The position numbers and the translations under genes were made by a program. This document shows, piece after piece, positions 49,333-59,134 of a DNA stretch of 64,000 nt. The DNA comes from an uncultured Chloroflexia bacterium (GTDB lineage: Bacteria > Chloroflexota > Anaerolineae > JAAYZQ01). Each line of letters begins with the position of its first letter. Position 1 is the first letter of the stretch. The notes under the pieces were generated by a model. That model was not told where the DNA came from and did not search any database. It saw nothing but the letters and a program-made list of their open reading frames with translations. Location: the NCBI GenBank assembly GCA_963700285.1, contig CAVOXA010000010.1:224001-288000 (forward strand), read 5' to 3'.

Positions 49333-49665
49333 CTATGGCCGACGGTCCAGCGCTTGGGCGCGATGGGATGCCTGCCAGGGGCTGGTCGTGTCTGGCCTGT
49401 GGGCCACATCCCAGGCGCCGGCAGCGTGGCTTTCGTTCTGAGCCCCGGCCCTGACGATGGCGGCCACCACGGCGGCCACCACGGCCCGTTCTTCCGACTC
49501 GTCCCCGGGCTCAGGCGCTTTGTCTTTGAAAGTGGATCGAGGGCGAAAAAGACGCCCCATCAGTAAGATGGCCAGCACGATCAACCCCAAGGCCAGGAAC
49601 ACAAGTCCCATGCCTATAACGGTGATGGCCAGGCCCTGGAGCACTGTATCCAAGTTCAAGATCAT
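49333..49665 (-). CDS. oadG: OadG/MmdD-like decarboxylase small subunit
   Basis: GL.ITVIGMGLVFLAL TM and a VAAVVAAI motif. Confidence 0.8.
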   Translation of the reverse strand: MILNLDTVLQGLAITVIGMGLVFLALGLIVLAILLMGRLFRPRSTFKDKAPEPGDESEERAVVAAVVAAIVRAGAQNESHAAGAWDVAHRPDTTSPWQASHRAQALDRRP

Positions 49666-49744
49666 GCCTCCGTACAAGAACCGGTAACAAACCAAGTCGG
49701 ACTCCAGGCCTGGAGTCCGACTTGGTAAGGCGTTGGCAAAACGA

Positions 49745-50249
49745 TCAGAAGTACATGTACTTGTTCCACACTTCGGGTGCGCTAGCCCCCTCCAGCAGCG
49801 TGAAGGCCAGGTAGCGGGGCCGGCGCGGCTGGCAGCGCAGCGGCATCCCCGCTTCGTCAGGCGTGCGGTTGCCTTTGCGGCGGTTGCATGGCCCACAGGC
49901 AGTAGCCACGTTCTCCCAGCGGGTCTCGCCCCCCCGAGAACGAGGCAGCACGTGATCGATGGTCAGACTGGGCCTTGCCTGGCTGGGCGCCGCAGTACTG
50001 ACAGGTATAGTGGTCGCGGGCCATGACGGTCCGGCGAGAGACAGGTAAGGAAATTCGTCGCGGGATGCGCACATAGTAGACGAGGCGAATGACGAGAGGC
50101 ACGGGCAAGGCAAGCTGTTCCGAGCGCAGCCAAGCCTCGGCCGCCTCCACAATCTCCGCCTTCTCCTTGAGAAGAAGAAGCACAGCGCGGCGCACTGAAA
50201 CCACGTTCAGCGGCTCGTAGGTTGCGTTCAGGACCAACACGTGGTTCAT
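49745..50249 (-). CDS. HNH endonuclease (+1 frameshift near 49970)
   Basis: [11 protein letters not shown]...[10 protein letters not shown] in one frame; [13 protein letters not shown]...CNRRKG in another. Confidence 0.88.
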
Positions 50250-50308
50250 GGTCCGCTCTTCTTTCCCTCCACCTCGACAGGGGGCAAGCCATCACCTAGC
50301 TCAACCAG

Positions 50309-50380
50309 TGGGCCCTGCAGGATTCGAACCTGCGACCAACCGGTTATGAGCCGGTCGCTCTGCCGCTGAGCTAAGGGCCC
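50309..50380 (-). tRNA. tRNA with CAU anticodon, probably tRNA-Ile2 (lysidine)
   Basis: GGGCCCTTAGCTCAG...CTCATAA...GTTCGAATCC...GGGCCCA cloverleaf; no initiator features; CCA not encoded. Confidence 0.88.
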
Positions 50381-50386
50381 GGCAGA

Positions 50387-50457
50387 CTCGGGGGCGAGGA
50401 TTCGAACCTCGATATAGGGTTCCAAAGACCCTTGTCCTGCCATTAGACGACCCCCGA
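50387..50457 (-). tRNA. tRNA-Gln(UUG)
   Basis: TCGGGGG/CCCCCGA acceptor stem, CTTTGGA anticodon loop, GTTCGAATC T-loop. Confidence 0.92.
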
Positions 50458-50473
50458 ACGTATGAGCGCAGCT

Positions 50474-50502
50474 ATTTTAGCACAAGTGTTATGAAACTGC
50501 AA
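50474..50502 (-). promoter_or_regulatory. Promoter of the tRNA pair
   Basis: TTGCAG-17-TAAAAT with extended TG. Confidence 0.7.
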
Positions 50503-50560
50503 GCGTACTCCCGCGCCGAGTAGGGACGATTGCCGAATCGTTGGTTTGCCGAATTGGGGC

Positions 50561-50589
50561 TTGACAAACCAGGCCATATCCTATATACT
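50561..50589 (+). promoter_or_regulatory. Sigma70 promoter of the GntR/ABC cluster
   Basis: TTGACA-17-TATACT. Confidence 0.75.
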
Positions 50590-50737
50590 ATAGACAGCAG
50601 GCTATTTCTTATGGATCTTTCTGAGTTGAGGATCCATTGACTGGCCCAATCCGATCTGTTCGAGAGGCTCGAGTCCATCCACCCGCACGGAGGGGGTGGG
50701 TTACCCATGCAGGAGTGAGACAGGGAGAATGGGTTGA

Positions 50738-51442
50738 ATGAGCACTAGAGAATCTGCGCTGGCCGGGGTGGAGAGGATTCAGAGAGGGCCTCTGCGAGAG
50801 CAGGTTCAAGCCCAGGTCAAGGGCCTCATCCTGACCAACGGCCTGCAACCTGGCCAACCCATCGTCATCGACCGGCTGGCCAGTGAGCTTGGCGTTAGCC
50901 ACACACCAGTGCGCGAAGCCCTGGCTATGCTACAGCATGACGGCCTCGTACGGATGCGCCCATACGGGCACCCCAGGGTTACCGAGATCGAAATCTCCGA
51001 CGTACATGAAGTGTATGAGATGCGTATCGTGCTCGAGGGTTGGGCCATCAGGAGGGCCACGCCAGTATTGCCCGAAGGGGAACTCGATGAGATGGAAAGG
51101 ACATTGAATCGTGCCCGCCAGGATGCGGAACGCTCTCGGTTTGACTCTCATCTGGCATCGGACCTGGCAATACACGGGATGATCTTGGGCTCAAACGGGA
51201 ACAAACTCTTTGCTCGCCTGGCACAATTGGTCAGTGACCGGTCCGTTCGCATCCGATCCTTGGCCGAATCCATTGCACCCGCAAGGACGGTACTTTTAAT
51301 CGTCAGTGAGCATTTTGCGCTGTTGGAAGCACTGCGAACCCGCGATCCTGAGCTGGCCCACGCATCTCTCAACGCACACCTGGAGGCTGGGATGGTGCGA
51401 ACGATTGGTGCTTTGGAGGAGATCAGATCAAGTGATACCTGA
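50738..51442 (+). CDS. GntR (FCD) transcriptional regulator
   Basis: LASELGVSHTPVREAL HTH; FCD histidines. Confidence 0.92.
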   Translation: MSTRESALAGVERIQRGPLREQVQAQVKGLILTNGLQPGQPIVIDRLASELGVSHTPVREALAMLQHDGLVRMRPYGHPRVTEIEISDVHEVYEMRIVLEGWAIRRATPVLPEGELDEMERTLNRARQDAERSRFDSHLASDLAIHGMILGSNGNKLFARLAQLVSDRSVRIRSLAESIAPARTVLLIVSEHFALLEALRTRDPELAHASLNAHLEAGMVRTIGALEEIRSSDT

Positions 51443-51679
51443 ACATACCGGAGGGGAATCAGCAGACTGCGGCATCCCGGTGGCAGCTAGGGACTGGTCA
51501 AAGTACAAAGAAAAGGAGGTGACTTTTTCGGACAAACCACGACCGCGCCCAGAGGGTAGCGATGCCAAAGCAGGCAACCCAAGGTTCTAAGGAGGTGATG
51601 CGACTGGGCACTTGATCGTCTTCCATTAGCACAGATCGAAACAGATCCACCATTCACCATTGACGAGGAGGAAAGGAAA

Positions 51680-53470
51680 ATGAAACAGCTCAGTATTGTA
51701 CTCTGTCTGGTCGTGATCGTTTCATTGGTGGCTGCCTGTGGTGGTGCGGAGCCACAGGTCATCAAAGAGACTGTCATCGTCGAACAGACGGTCAAGGAGA
51801 CCGTCATCGTGGAAGGCACCGCCCAGGTGGTAGAGAAGGTGGTGACCGAGATCGTGGAAAAAGAGGTCGAGAAGGTGATCACCGCCACTCCCAAAGAGGA
51901 AGAGGAAACCTTTGTGATCGTCGGTGACCCCCAATCGCTCGAGTTTCTCAATCTGATGTATACTCAGGGAGGAAACTCACTGCTCGCTTCCAAGCTGGCC
52001 CAGCGAGGGCTGCTTTGGCTCGACGAGAACGGCAACTGGGTACCCGAGGCGGCGACCGAGGTCCCTTCGGCTGACAATGGTGGGATTTCCGGCAACAGTG
52101 TCACGTACAAGCTCCGAGAGGGCCTGACCTTCCACGATGGCACCCCCTTAACAGCCGACGCCTTTAAGGCTACCTGGGAGGCCATTATGGATCCGGGCAA
52201 CACACCTATTACCCGCACCGGATACGACAAGATCGAGTCGATTGACACACCAGACGACTATACGCTGACGATCAACTTTGCGGAGCCCTATGCGTCGTGG
52301 CCTATCCTCTTTGACTATGTATTCCCCAGACACGTCATCGAAGAGAACTCCCCTGGGCTGGATGAATCTGAGGCCATGCGGCAACCAGTGGGCATTGGTC
52401 CCTACAAAGTCATCGAATGGAGGCCAGGTGAATACATCGAATACGAAGCTTTTGATGGCTATTGGCGGGGCCGGCCCAATATCGACCGTCTGATCTGGCG
52501 CATCATCCCCAGTGACGAGGCGCTGGTCGCTGCGCTCGAAGCTGGAGAAGTCGATATTCTCAGGTCTACGCCATCAACGTACATGCCTCACCTCATGGAA
52601 CTTGAGGAACAGGGCATGATTGCGATGTATCCCCCCATAGGCGGCGGCATGGGCTCAGAGCGTTATCACATGAACCCTGGCGTGCCTATCTTCCAGAATC
52701 ACAATGTCCGCCTCGCACTCCAACATGCCGTGGACAAGCAGAAAATCATCAACGAAGTACTGGAAGTTCCGGCGATGATCCCCTACCCTAGCGAGTGGAA
52801 CGGCAATCCCTACGTCAACACCGAGCTTGTGGACTATGAGTACGATCCAGAGCTGGCTGCCCAGTTGCTGGATGAGGTGGGCTGGAGGGATGAAGACGGC
52901 GATGGCATACGAGAAGCACACAATGTGGGATATGGTGACATCGCAGACGGTACGCCCATGAGCTTTGTCCATACCACAACCACCGAGAGCCAACAGCGGG
53001 AGAACGTACAACTCGTCGTCCAGCAGATGTTCAAGGACATTGGCGTCGACATGCAGATCGAAAACCGGCAGTCCGCGATCTTGTTCACTACGTGGGACCA
53101 GGGTGGTGGTTGGTCTCATGGCGATTACGAGATGGCCGGCTGGGCTGATTCCATCAGGACACCCGAGCCCGAGGCATCCCAGCGATTCCTATGCAGCCAG
53201 ATCGCCTCTGAAGAGAACCCAGGCGGAGCGCAGTGGATGCGCTACTGCAACCCTGAAGTAGACGAATTGCTCCTGGCCCAGCAAACGGAGTTTGATCCTG
53301 CAAAGCGAAGAGAGCTTCTCTGGCAGGCCCAGCAACTCATTCACGACGATGCCTACACGATCCATCTATTCAGAACACTCACTGACCTCGCTGCGGATGC
53401 CGAGCTACAGCACTTGGAAAACCGCCCCTATGTCGCCTTTGTCGGCAACATCGAGGAACTGGAATGGTAG
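51680..53470 (+). CDS. Peptide/nickel ABC substrate-binding lipoprotein (family 5)
   Basis: LVAAC lipobox, V.KETV.VE linker repeats, LREGLTFHDG, G.GPY. Confidence 0.92.
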   Translation: MKQLSIVLCLVVIVSLVAACGGAEPQVIKETVIVEQTVKETVIVEGTAQVVEKVVTEIVEKEVEKVITATPKEEEETFVIVGDPQSLEFLNLMYTQGGNSLLASKLAQRGLLWLDENGNWVPEAATEVPSADNGGISGNSVTYKLREGLTFHDGTPLTADAFKATWEAIMDPGNTPITRTGYDKIESIDTPDDYTLTINFAEPYASWPILFDYVFPRHVIEENSPGLDESEAMRQPVGIGPYKVIEWRPGEYIEYEAFDGYWRGRPNIDRLIWRIIPSDEALVAALEAGEVDILRSTPSTYMPHLMELEEQGMIAMYPPIGGGMGSERYHMNPGVPIFQNHNVRLALQHAVDKQKIINEVLEVPAMIPYPSEWNGNPYVNTELVDYEYDPELAAQLLDEVGWRDEDGDGIREAHNVGYGDIADGTPMSFVHTTTTESQQRENVQLVVQQMFKDIGVDMQIENRQSAILFTTWDQGGGWSHGDYEMAGWADSIRTPEPEASQRFLCSQIASEENPGGAQWMRYCNPEVDELLLAQQTEFDPAKRRELLWQAQQLIHDDAYTIHLFRTLTDLAADAELQHLENRPYVAFVGNIEELEW

Positions 53471-53675
53471 GAGCTTGAGATAGCAGTCCTAGAATGTCCG
53501 GGGACCCCTAGTTTGTGAGGGCTGGGGGTCCCCGTAGGCTAAAGCTCGAGACAGGGAGGAACTCTGGGGGGAAGGTTGGATTGTCCCGCATTGCCTCGGC
53601 ACGGTAGCAACAGTGCTCATTGCGGAATGGAGCGTTTCCGGCTGCCATTTCGAGAATCTCGGAGGTTCGTTCAGG

Positions 53676-54641
53676 ATGACTGCCTACGTCGTACGTAGAC
53701 TGCTGCAGACGATACCAATCATCCTTATCATATCGCTTTTTGGTTTCATGATCATCAGCGCGACCGGTGATCCGTTGGCTGCCTATACGGTCGATGCCTC
53801 CCTTTCCGGGGAAGATATCGCCCGCTTGCGCGCCAAATATGGCCTGGACCAACCCGTTCCTATCCAGTACTTGAACTGGCTGAGGAACTTGGTCGTCGGT
53901 GATTGGGGTCGCTCCTTCTACACCAAGAAACTTGTTTTCGACATGGTGATCGAAACGCTGCCGAATACGCTGCTCTTGGTCACAGTATCCTACACCGCGA
54001 CCCTCATCGCGGCGGTCATATTGGGCATCGTCACAGCCGTCCGCCAGTATTCACTGCTTGACCATGGGATCACTTTGGTCAGTTTCGTCGGCATTGCTAT
54101 GCCGGACTTTTGGCTGGGCCTCCTACTTATCACCGCCTTTGCGATCCAGCCCAAGGCTGCAGGACTGCCCTACATGCCCGTGGGTGGGATGTTCGACCAT
54201 CGGGTCGGAAAGACAGTACCGCAGGTTGCATGGCACGTGATTCTGCCCGCTTTTGCGCTATCCTTCAGCATGACCGCGCGTTACGTTCGATACGTTCGCT
54301 CGTCGATCCTCGAGGAACTGAGCCTTGACTATGTTCGGACTGCGCGATCAAAAGGTATGAGGGAAAGCTTGGTGATGGTACGCCACGTCTTAAAGAACGC
54401 GCTCCTGCCCCTGCTGACACTGATCGGGCTCAACATACCCAATCTACTATCCGGTACAATCGTGATCGAATCCATATTCGCCTGGCCAGGGATGGGTCGA
54501 CTGTTCTGGACTGCAGCATCAAGAGTTGATATCCCAATTCTGATGGCTATGCTGATGTTTGTGTCCATTCTGACCGTTTTTTCCGCCGTGGTGACGGACG
54601 TACTCTATGCTGTGGTCGATCCAAGGATCAGGTACTCATGA
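53676..54641 (+). CDS. Peptide ABC permease (DppB-like)
   Basis: GLDQP...QY and DYVRTARSKG motifs. Confidence 0.92.
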   Translation: MTAYVVRRLLQTIPIILIISLFGFMIISATGDPLAAYTVDASLSGEDIARLRAKYGLDQPVPIQYLNWLRNLVVGDWGRSFYTKKLVFDMVIETLPNTLLLVTVSYTATLIAAVILGIVTAVRQYSLLDHGITLVSFVGIAMPDFWLGLLLITAFAIQPKAAGLPYMPVGGMFDHRVGKTVPQVAWHVILPAFALSFSMTARYVRYVRSSILEELSLDYVRTARSKGMRESLVMVRHVLKNALLPLLTLIGLNIPNLLSGTIVIESIFAWPGMGRLFWTAASRVDIPILMAMLMFVSILTVFSAVVTDVLYAVVDPRIRYS

Positions 54642-55630
54642 CCGGAGAGGATCCCGCCGCTATGACTTCAGCAGATAGCCACCCAGTTATCCAGCCTTCA
54701 GCCACCAGATCCCCAGCTGGCGATCAGCCAAAGAGTGGGCAAGATGGGAATGGCCGGGTCGCAACCGCGACCCTGGTGAGGCCCGAGGAATCGATCACCC
54801 GCCTGGTATGGCGACGGTTTCGCCGGCACAGACTGGCCACCGTCAGTGCAATGGTTCTGCTGGCTCTGATTGTGATCTGCTTCACGGTGCCCCTGTTCAT
54901 CCCGGAGGACGCTGCCAACGAAGTTAATCTGGATGTAAAGTTGCAGGCCCCTAGCCTGGAACATCCATTTGGGACGGACGCAGTCGGGCGCGATCTGCTC
55001 CTCCGATGCATCTATGGGGGCCAGATCTCTCTTCGCATTGGCATCCTTGCTGCACTGCTCGCGGTGACGACAGGAGTCTTGGTTGGAGCGATTGCCGGGT
55101 ACAATGTTGGTCTGGTCGACAATGTCCTCATGCGCTTCACAGAGGCATTGATGAGCATCCCTACGCTTTTCATCCTTATCGTTCTGGGCCGGATTCTCGG
55201 CCCGAGCCTCACCATTACCACATTCACCATCGGCGCGTTGGCCTGGATGGGCACAGCCCGGCTTGTCCGGGCTGAGATCCTTTCGCTCAAGGAACAGGAT
55301 TTCGTGCTCGCTGCTGGATCGATCGGCGTGCCCCCGAAGAGGATTCTGCTGCAGCATCTCCTGCCGAATGTGGTGGCAGTGATTGTGGTTTCGGCAACAC
55401 TCATGGTTGGTCAGGCGATCATGATGGAAGCAGCACTCAGTTTCTTGGGACTTGGCGTTCAACCGCCCACAGCCACCTGGGGCAACATGCTCAGTCGCGC
55501 CCAAGGCTACCTGCGCGAGGCCCCGTGGATCGCCTTCTTCCCAGGTTTCCTGATCCTGATCACGGTGCTTTGCGTCAACTTTATCGGTGATGGCCTTCGT
55601 GATGCTATGGACCCTCACGCAATCCGCTGA
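54638..55630 (+). CDS. Peptide ABC permease (DppC-like)
   Basis: HPFGTD.VGRD, EAALSFLGLG, GDGLRDA motifs. Confidence 0.92.
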   Translation: MTGEDPAAMTSADSHPVIQPSATRSPAGDQPKSGQDGNGRVATATLVRPEESITRLVWRRFRRHRLATVSAMVLLALIVICFTVPLFIPEDAANEVNLDVKLQAPSLEHPFGTDAVGRDLLLRCIYGGQISLRIGILAALLAVTTGVLVGAIAGYNVGLVDNVLMRFTEALMSIPTLFILIVLGRILGPSLTITTFTIGALAWMGTARLVRAEILSLKEQDFVLAAGSIGVPPKRILLQHLLPNVVAVIVVSATLMVGQAIMMEAALSFLGLGVQPPTATWGNMLSRAQGYLREAPWIAFFPGFLILITVLCVNFIGDGLRDAMDPHAIR

Positions 55631-55727
55631 GCAGTACGGACTCTGGCAGTTGCGTGGGCAAACAAGGTGTTCGATCAGGGTCATACGTGACAGCAAGACA
55701 TCAGAAGAAAGACGTGGAGGACAAGCA

Positions 55728-57026
55728 ATGCGGATCTATGAAGCGGATGTGCTGATCGACGGCAGCGGCGCTGCACCCCAGCAGAACGTTGAGATTTTTG
55801 TCGACGAACAGGGCGTAATTCGAGACGTCGCCTCTGCCGGGACCAAAGAGCGACCGGCGGACGCTGTGGTGTATGCCAACCCCGGCAAGACTGCGCTGCC
55901 GGGTTTCATCGATGTCCATGTGCACCTGATGTTCGGAGAAGCCGGCCGCAGCTACAAGGACGTCTGGCACAACGATAGCGATTCCCTGATGGCGTTGCGC
56001 GGCCCGCGCAATGCCTACATTCACCTTCGGGCGGGTGTGACGACGCTGCGTGATGCCGGCGCCGTCCGTGACGTGGGTTTTGCAATCAAAGAGGCTGCTG
56101 AAGCCGGTCTATACCTCACACCACGGATACTCGTCTCCGGCCGTCCTGTGACCATCACCGGCGGGCATTTCTGGTGGTGCGGCCAGGAAGCGGACGGGAC
56201 TGACGCAGTTCGCCGGGCCGTTCGCCAACTGGTCAAACAGGGCGCTGATTTCATCAAGATCATGGCCAGTGGTGGGGGAACCGTCGGTACGGATAGCACA
56301 CGAGCTTCCTATTCCGTGGAGGAGCTAAAGGCCATCGTAGACGAGGCCCACCAATTCGGCCTCCGGACAGCAGCCCACTGCATCTCCGCCGACTCGGTGG
56401 TCAGAGCTGCTGAGGCTGGCGTTGACGAGATCGAACACTTTAACTTTATGCATCCGGACGGCAGCAGGACTTGGGGCCAGGCAGCAGCCGACACGATCTT
56501 GGAAAAAGGGCTCTTTGTAAGCCCAACCATCCAGACAGGCTGGAGCCGGATCGAGCAGCTTCAGCAGAAGCAAGCGGAGGGCACCCTGACCGCTTTGGAG
56601 CACCGGCAGCTCGAGGCCGGTCTCTACAAGACCAACTCCAAGCTGGAGTTCATCGGCCGCTTTCACGAGATGGGTATCCCCATCGCCGCCGGCACCGACT
56701 CGATCTCAAAGTTTGGTGACTATGCCATTGGGCTCGAGCTGCTGCACCGGGCCGGCCTGTCGCCGATGGACGTGATCATGTCGGCGACAAGTATAGCCGC
56801 AAGGTCAATCGGTATGGAGGACAAAGTCGGCACAGTGAAACCTGGCATGCTGGCCGACCTGGTCTATGTCGACGGGGATCCACTGGCTGACGTCAAGGTT
56901 CTTGACCAGGTTGCTGCAGTTGTCCTGAACGGGCAGCTTGTGGTTGACAAGCGGCTCGAATCGGCGGTGGATGTGCCGGCGCATGCAAAAGGCAAGGTCG
57001 TTCTATCACCGATCCCTGGATGCTAG
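55728..57026 (+). CDS. Metal-dependent amidohydrolase (prolidase-like)
   Basis: PGFIDVHVH, GADFIK, AAH, IEH, AGTD motifs. Confidence 0.9.
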   Translation: MRIYEADVLIDGSGAAPQQNVEIFVDEQGVIRDVASAGTKERPADAVVYANPGKTALPGFIDVHVHLMFGEAGRSYKDVWHNDSDSLMALRGPRNAYIHLRAGVTTLRDAGAVRDVGFAIKEAAEAGLYLTPRILVSGRPVTITGGHFWWCGQEADGTDAVRRAVRQLVKQGADFIKIMASGGGTVGTDSTRASYSVEELKAIVDEAHQFGLRTAAHCISADSVVRAAEAGVDEIEHFNFMHPDGSRTWGQAAADTILEKGLFVSPTIQTGWSRIEQLQQKQAEGTLTALEHRQLEAGLYKTNSKLEFIGRFHEMGIPIAAGTDSISKFGDYAIGLELLHRAGLSPMDVIMSATSIAARSIGMEDKVGTVKPGMLADLVYVDGDPLADVKVLDQVAAVVLNGQLVVDKRLESAVDVPAHAKGKVVLSPIPGC

Positions 57027-57082
57027 GCCAGGGACCGAAGAACATTTCTCAGCATCGATTCCATACCACAAAGGAGGTTGTC

Positions 57083-57451
57083 ATGAAAAAAGAAACTATC
57101 TTGGGGAGCCCGGGTGCGCCATATGCCAAGGCAGTGAAGGCCAATGGTTTTCTGTTCGTCTCGGGCAACGTCGCGGTCGATCCAGCGACGGGAAAGGCGC
57201 CAGATGGTATCGGAGCCCAAACCCGCCTCATCCTGGAGAACCTTAAAGGAATCCTGGAAGAGCAAGGCTCATCCCTGGAAGACGTCGTCAAAGTCAATAT
57301 CTACCTTGTGAACGTTCGGGATTTTGGCGAGATGAACGCGGTCTATAAAGAGTTCTTTGGCGCCGAACCGCCAACCCGCACGACAGTAGGCATCCACGAA
57401 TTGGCCCGCAGGGATTTCCTGATCGAGATCGACTTGATGGCAGCGCTCTGA
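57083..57451 (+). CDS. RidA/YjgF-family imine deaminase
   Basis: PYA.AV, FVSG, MNAVY..FF, PPTR, IEID motifs. Confidence 0.9.
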   Translation: MKKETILGSPGAPYAKAVKANGFLFVSGNVAVDPATGKAPDGIGAQTRLILENLKGILEEQGSSLEDVVKVNIYLVNVRDFGEMNAVYKEFFGAEPPTRTTVGIHELARRDFLIEIDLMAAL

Positions 57452-57767
57452 TGCCACGATCGGCAGGCTGCAGTACCTGCTCGCAGTAGGCGCTTTCCGT
57501 TCGCCACATATTTCAGTACGCGCCTTGGCGCTGAAGCATGCCCTGAGCACCGTCGAAAGCCGCCTACCACGAACCCCTATCGTGATCTACTGAGAGCAGG
57601 CTGAGTGACTCTGCCGTCACAGGGATTCAAACCTATGGCTCTGTCCAAGGTCGACAGGGCCGAAGAGGTGTCCCACTGAAAGGGAAGACAGCACGTGGAT
57701 GTCCTTCTTTCCAGGTGCTGTCTTCCCTCAGCATCAGTAAAGAACTGACGGTTTCAAGACACCGTCT

Positions 57768-59084
57768 TTGAAGGGCCAATGGAATGTAACACCTGGAGGT
57801 CGAGATCTGGTGGGTATCGCCTTTGATGTCCAGGAGTTTTGGGGCCTGTCCGACGCCAAAATTGCATTGGAATCGGCTCTAGTCCCATCCTCCGACCCCA
57901 TCGCCGCCTTTGAAGGGGCATTTGCGGATTACGTCGGGGGCCTGGACGCCGCTTTCCTGGTCAGTGGGCGAGAGGCGATCTACCAAGGGCTCAAGCTGGT
58001 AGGAGTTGGGTCGGGGGACCAGGTGCTCCTTTCCGCCTTCAACTGCTCCCGCGTGGCCGATGCGGTGTTGCGCTGCCGCGCTGTTCCCATCCTGGTCGAC
58101 ATCAGGCTGCCCGGCGGCGAGATCGACTTGGATCTTGTTCTTCAAACGCTGTCTCCCAAGGTTCGGGCCGTGATCGTCCCTCACCTGTATGGCATCCCCG
58201 TGGACCTGCGCGGTATCAAGGAGGAATTGGAGCAGCAGGACATCGCCCTCATCGAAGACTGCGCGCACTGCCTGGGCGCCTCAGTCGGGGGCACCCCGGC
58301 TGGAAGCCAGGGCAGCTTTTCCATCTTTTCCTTCAATACCGGCAAACCCATGACGCTGGCAAACGGCGGAATGCTAGTCTGCTCGGATCCCGGAGAGCTG
58401 GAATGTTTCAGGTGCTTGAAGGCGCAATGGAAAGATCAGCTTTCAGCAGACCCGAAAGGGGAATACGAGTACATTGAGCGGACGATGGAGGCGATGACGA
58501 CCATGCGTCGCAGCGCCAGAAAGGGAAACCCGCCCAAACAGCCGGTTGCGGCAAAACCAAAATCCTGGCGACCGCCAGCCGGACACGCCGGGCTCTGGCT
58601 GTACAACCGTCTTCGTCCGGCCCTACCCCTCACGCATCCATTCAACGAGGAGTTTTTCGCGGTGGGAGCTGTGCGCGCCCATTTGGGGCTTGCGCTACTG
58701 CGCAGATGGCCTGAGATCAAGGAGATCCGCGATCGACAAGCGGAGTATCTCAGGGCCCGAATCCGCCAGCGGCCATGGGGAGACATTCCGACAGTGGCAG
58801 CGAACATTGAACCAGCCTACTACAAGGTGAATCTGTTCGCTGGAGAACTGACGGCAGCACAGGTAGAGCAGGCCATCACCCGCCTTCGACGTGCCGGCTT
58901 CTGGGCCGGCAGGTGGCCCTTCCTCGAGGACATTCCCCACCTCGTTGGACGGTTCCGGGGTAGATCCAAGCTTCCCAATATGCGCAGAATGGCGCGCCAC
59001 GGCCTGCACCTGCCCATTCATCAGGAGATGAGTGATGAGGATCTAGATCAGATGCTTGATATCCTGTATTCGGTACAGCCCTGA
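57768..59084 (+). CDS. DegT/DnrJ/EryC1/StrS-family PLP-dependent aminotransferase
   Basis: SGREA, HLYG, IEDCAH, FSFNTGK; start uncertain. Confidence 0.85.
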   Translation: MKGQWNVTPGGRDLVGIAFDVQEFWGLSDAKIALESALVPSSDPIAAFEGAFADYVGGLDAAFLVSGREAIYQGLKLVGVGSGDQVLLSAFNCSRVADAVLRCRAVPILVDIRLPGGEIDLDLVLQTLSPKVRAVIVPHLYGIPVDLRGIKEELEQQDIALIEDCAHCLGASVGGTPAGSQGSFSIFSFNTGKPMTLANGGMLVCSDPGELECFRCLKAQWKDQLSADPKGEYEYIERTMEAMTTMRRSARKGNPPKQPVAAKPKSWRPPAGHAGLWLYNRLRPALPLTHPFNEEFFAVGAVRAHLGLALLRRWPEIKEIRDRQAEYLRARIRQRPWGDIPTVAANIEPAYYKVNLFAGELTAAQVEQAITRLRRAGFWAGRWPFLEDIPHLVGRFRGRSKLPNMRRMARHGLHLPIHQEMSDEDLDQMLDILYSVQP

Positions 59085-59134
59085 GTTCGTTACATCTATG
59101 GTTGCAGAGGCAAAGTCTGTTGTCATCATAGGAG

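Noticed and set aside
50309-50600. tRNA-anchored genomic island for the downstream catabolic cluster
   Set aside because: The cluster lies on the 5' side of the tRNAs, and I saw no integrase or duplicated tRNA 3' end.
57452-57767. Riboswitch upstream of the DegT-family gene
   Set aside because: Hairpins are present, but I could not match any known aptamer consensus; an Rfam/Infernal scan would settle it.
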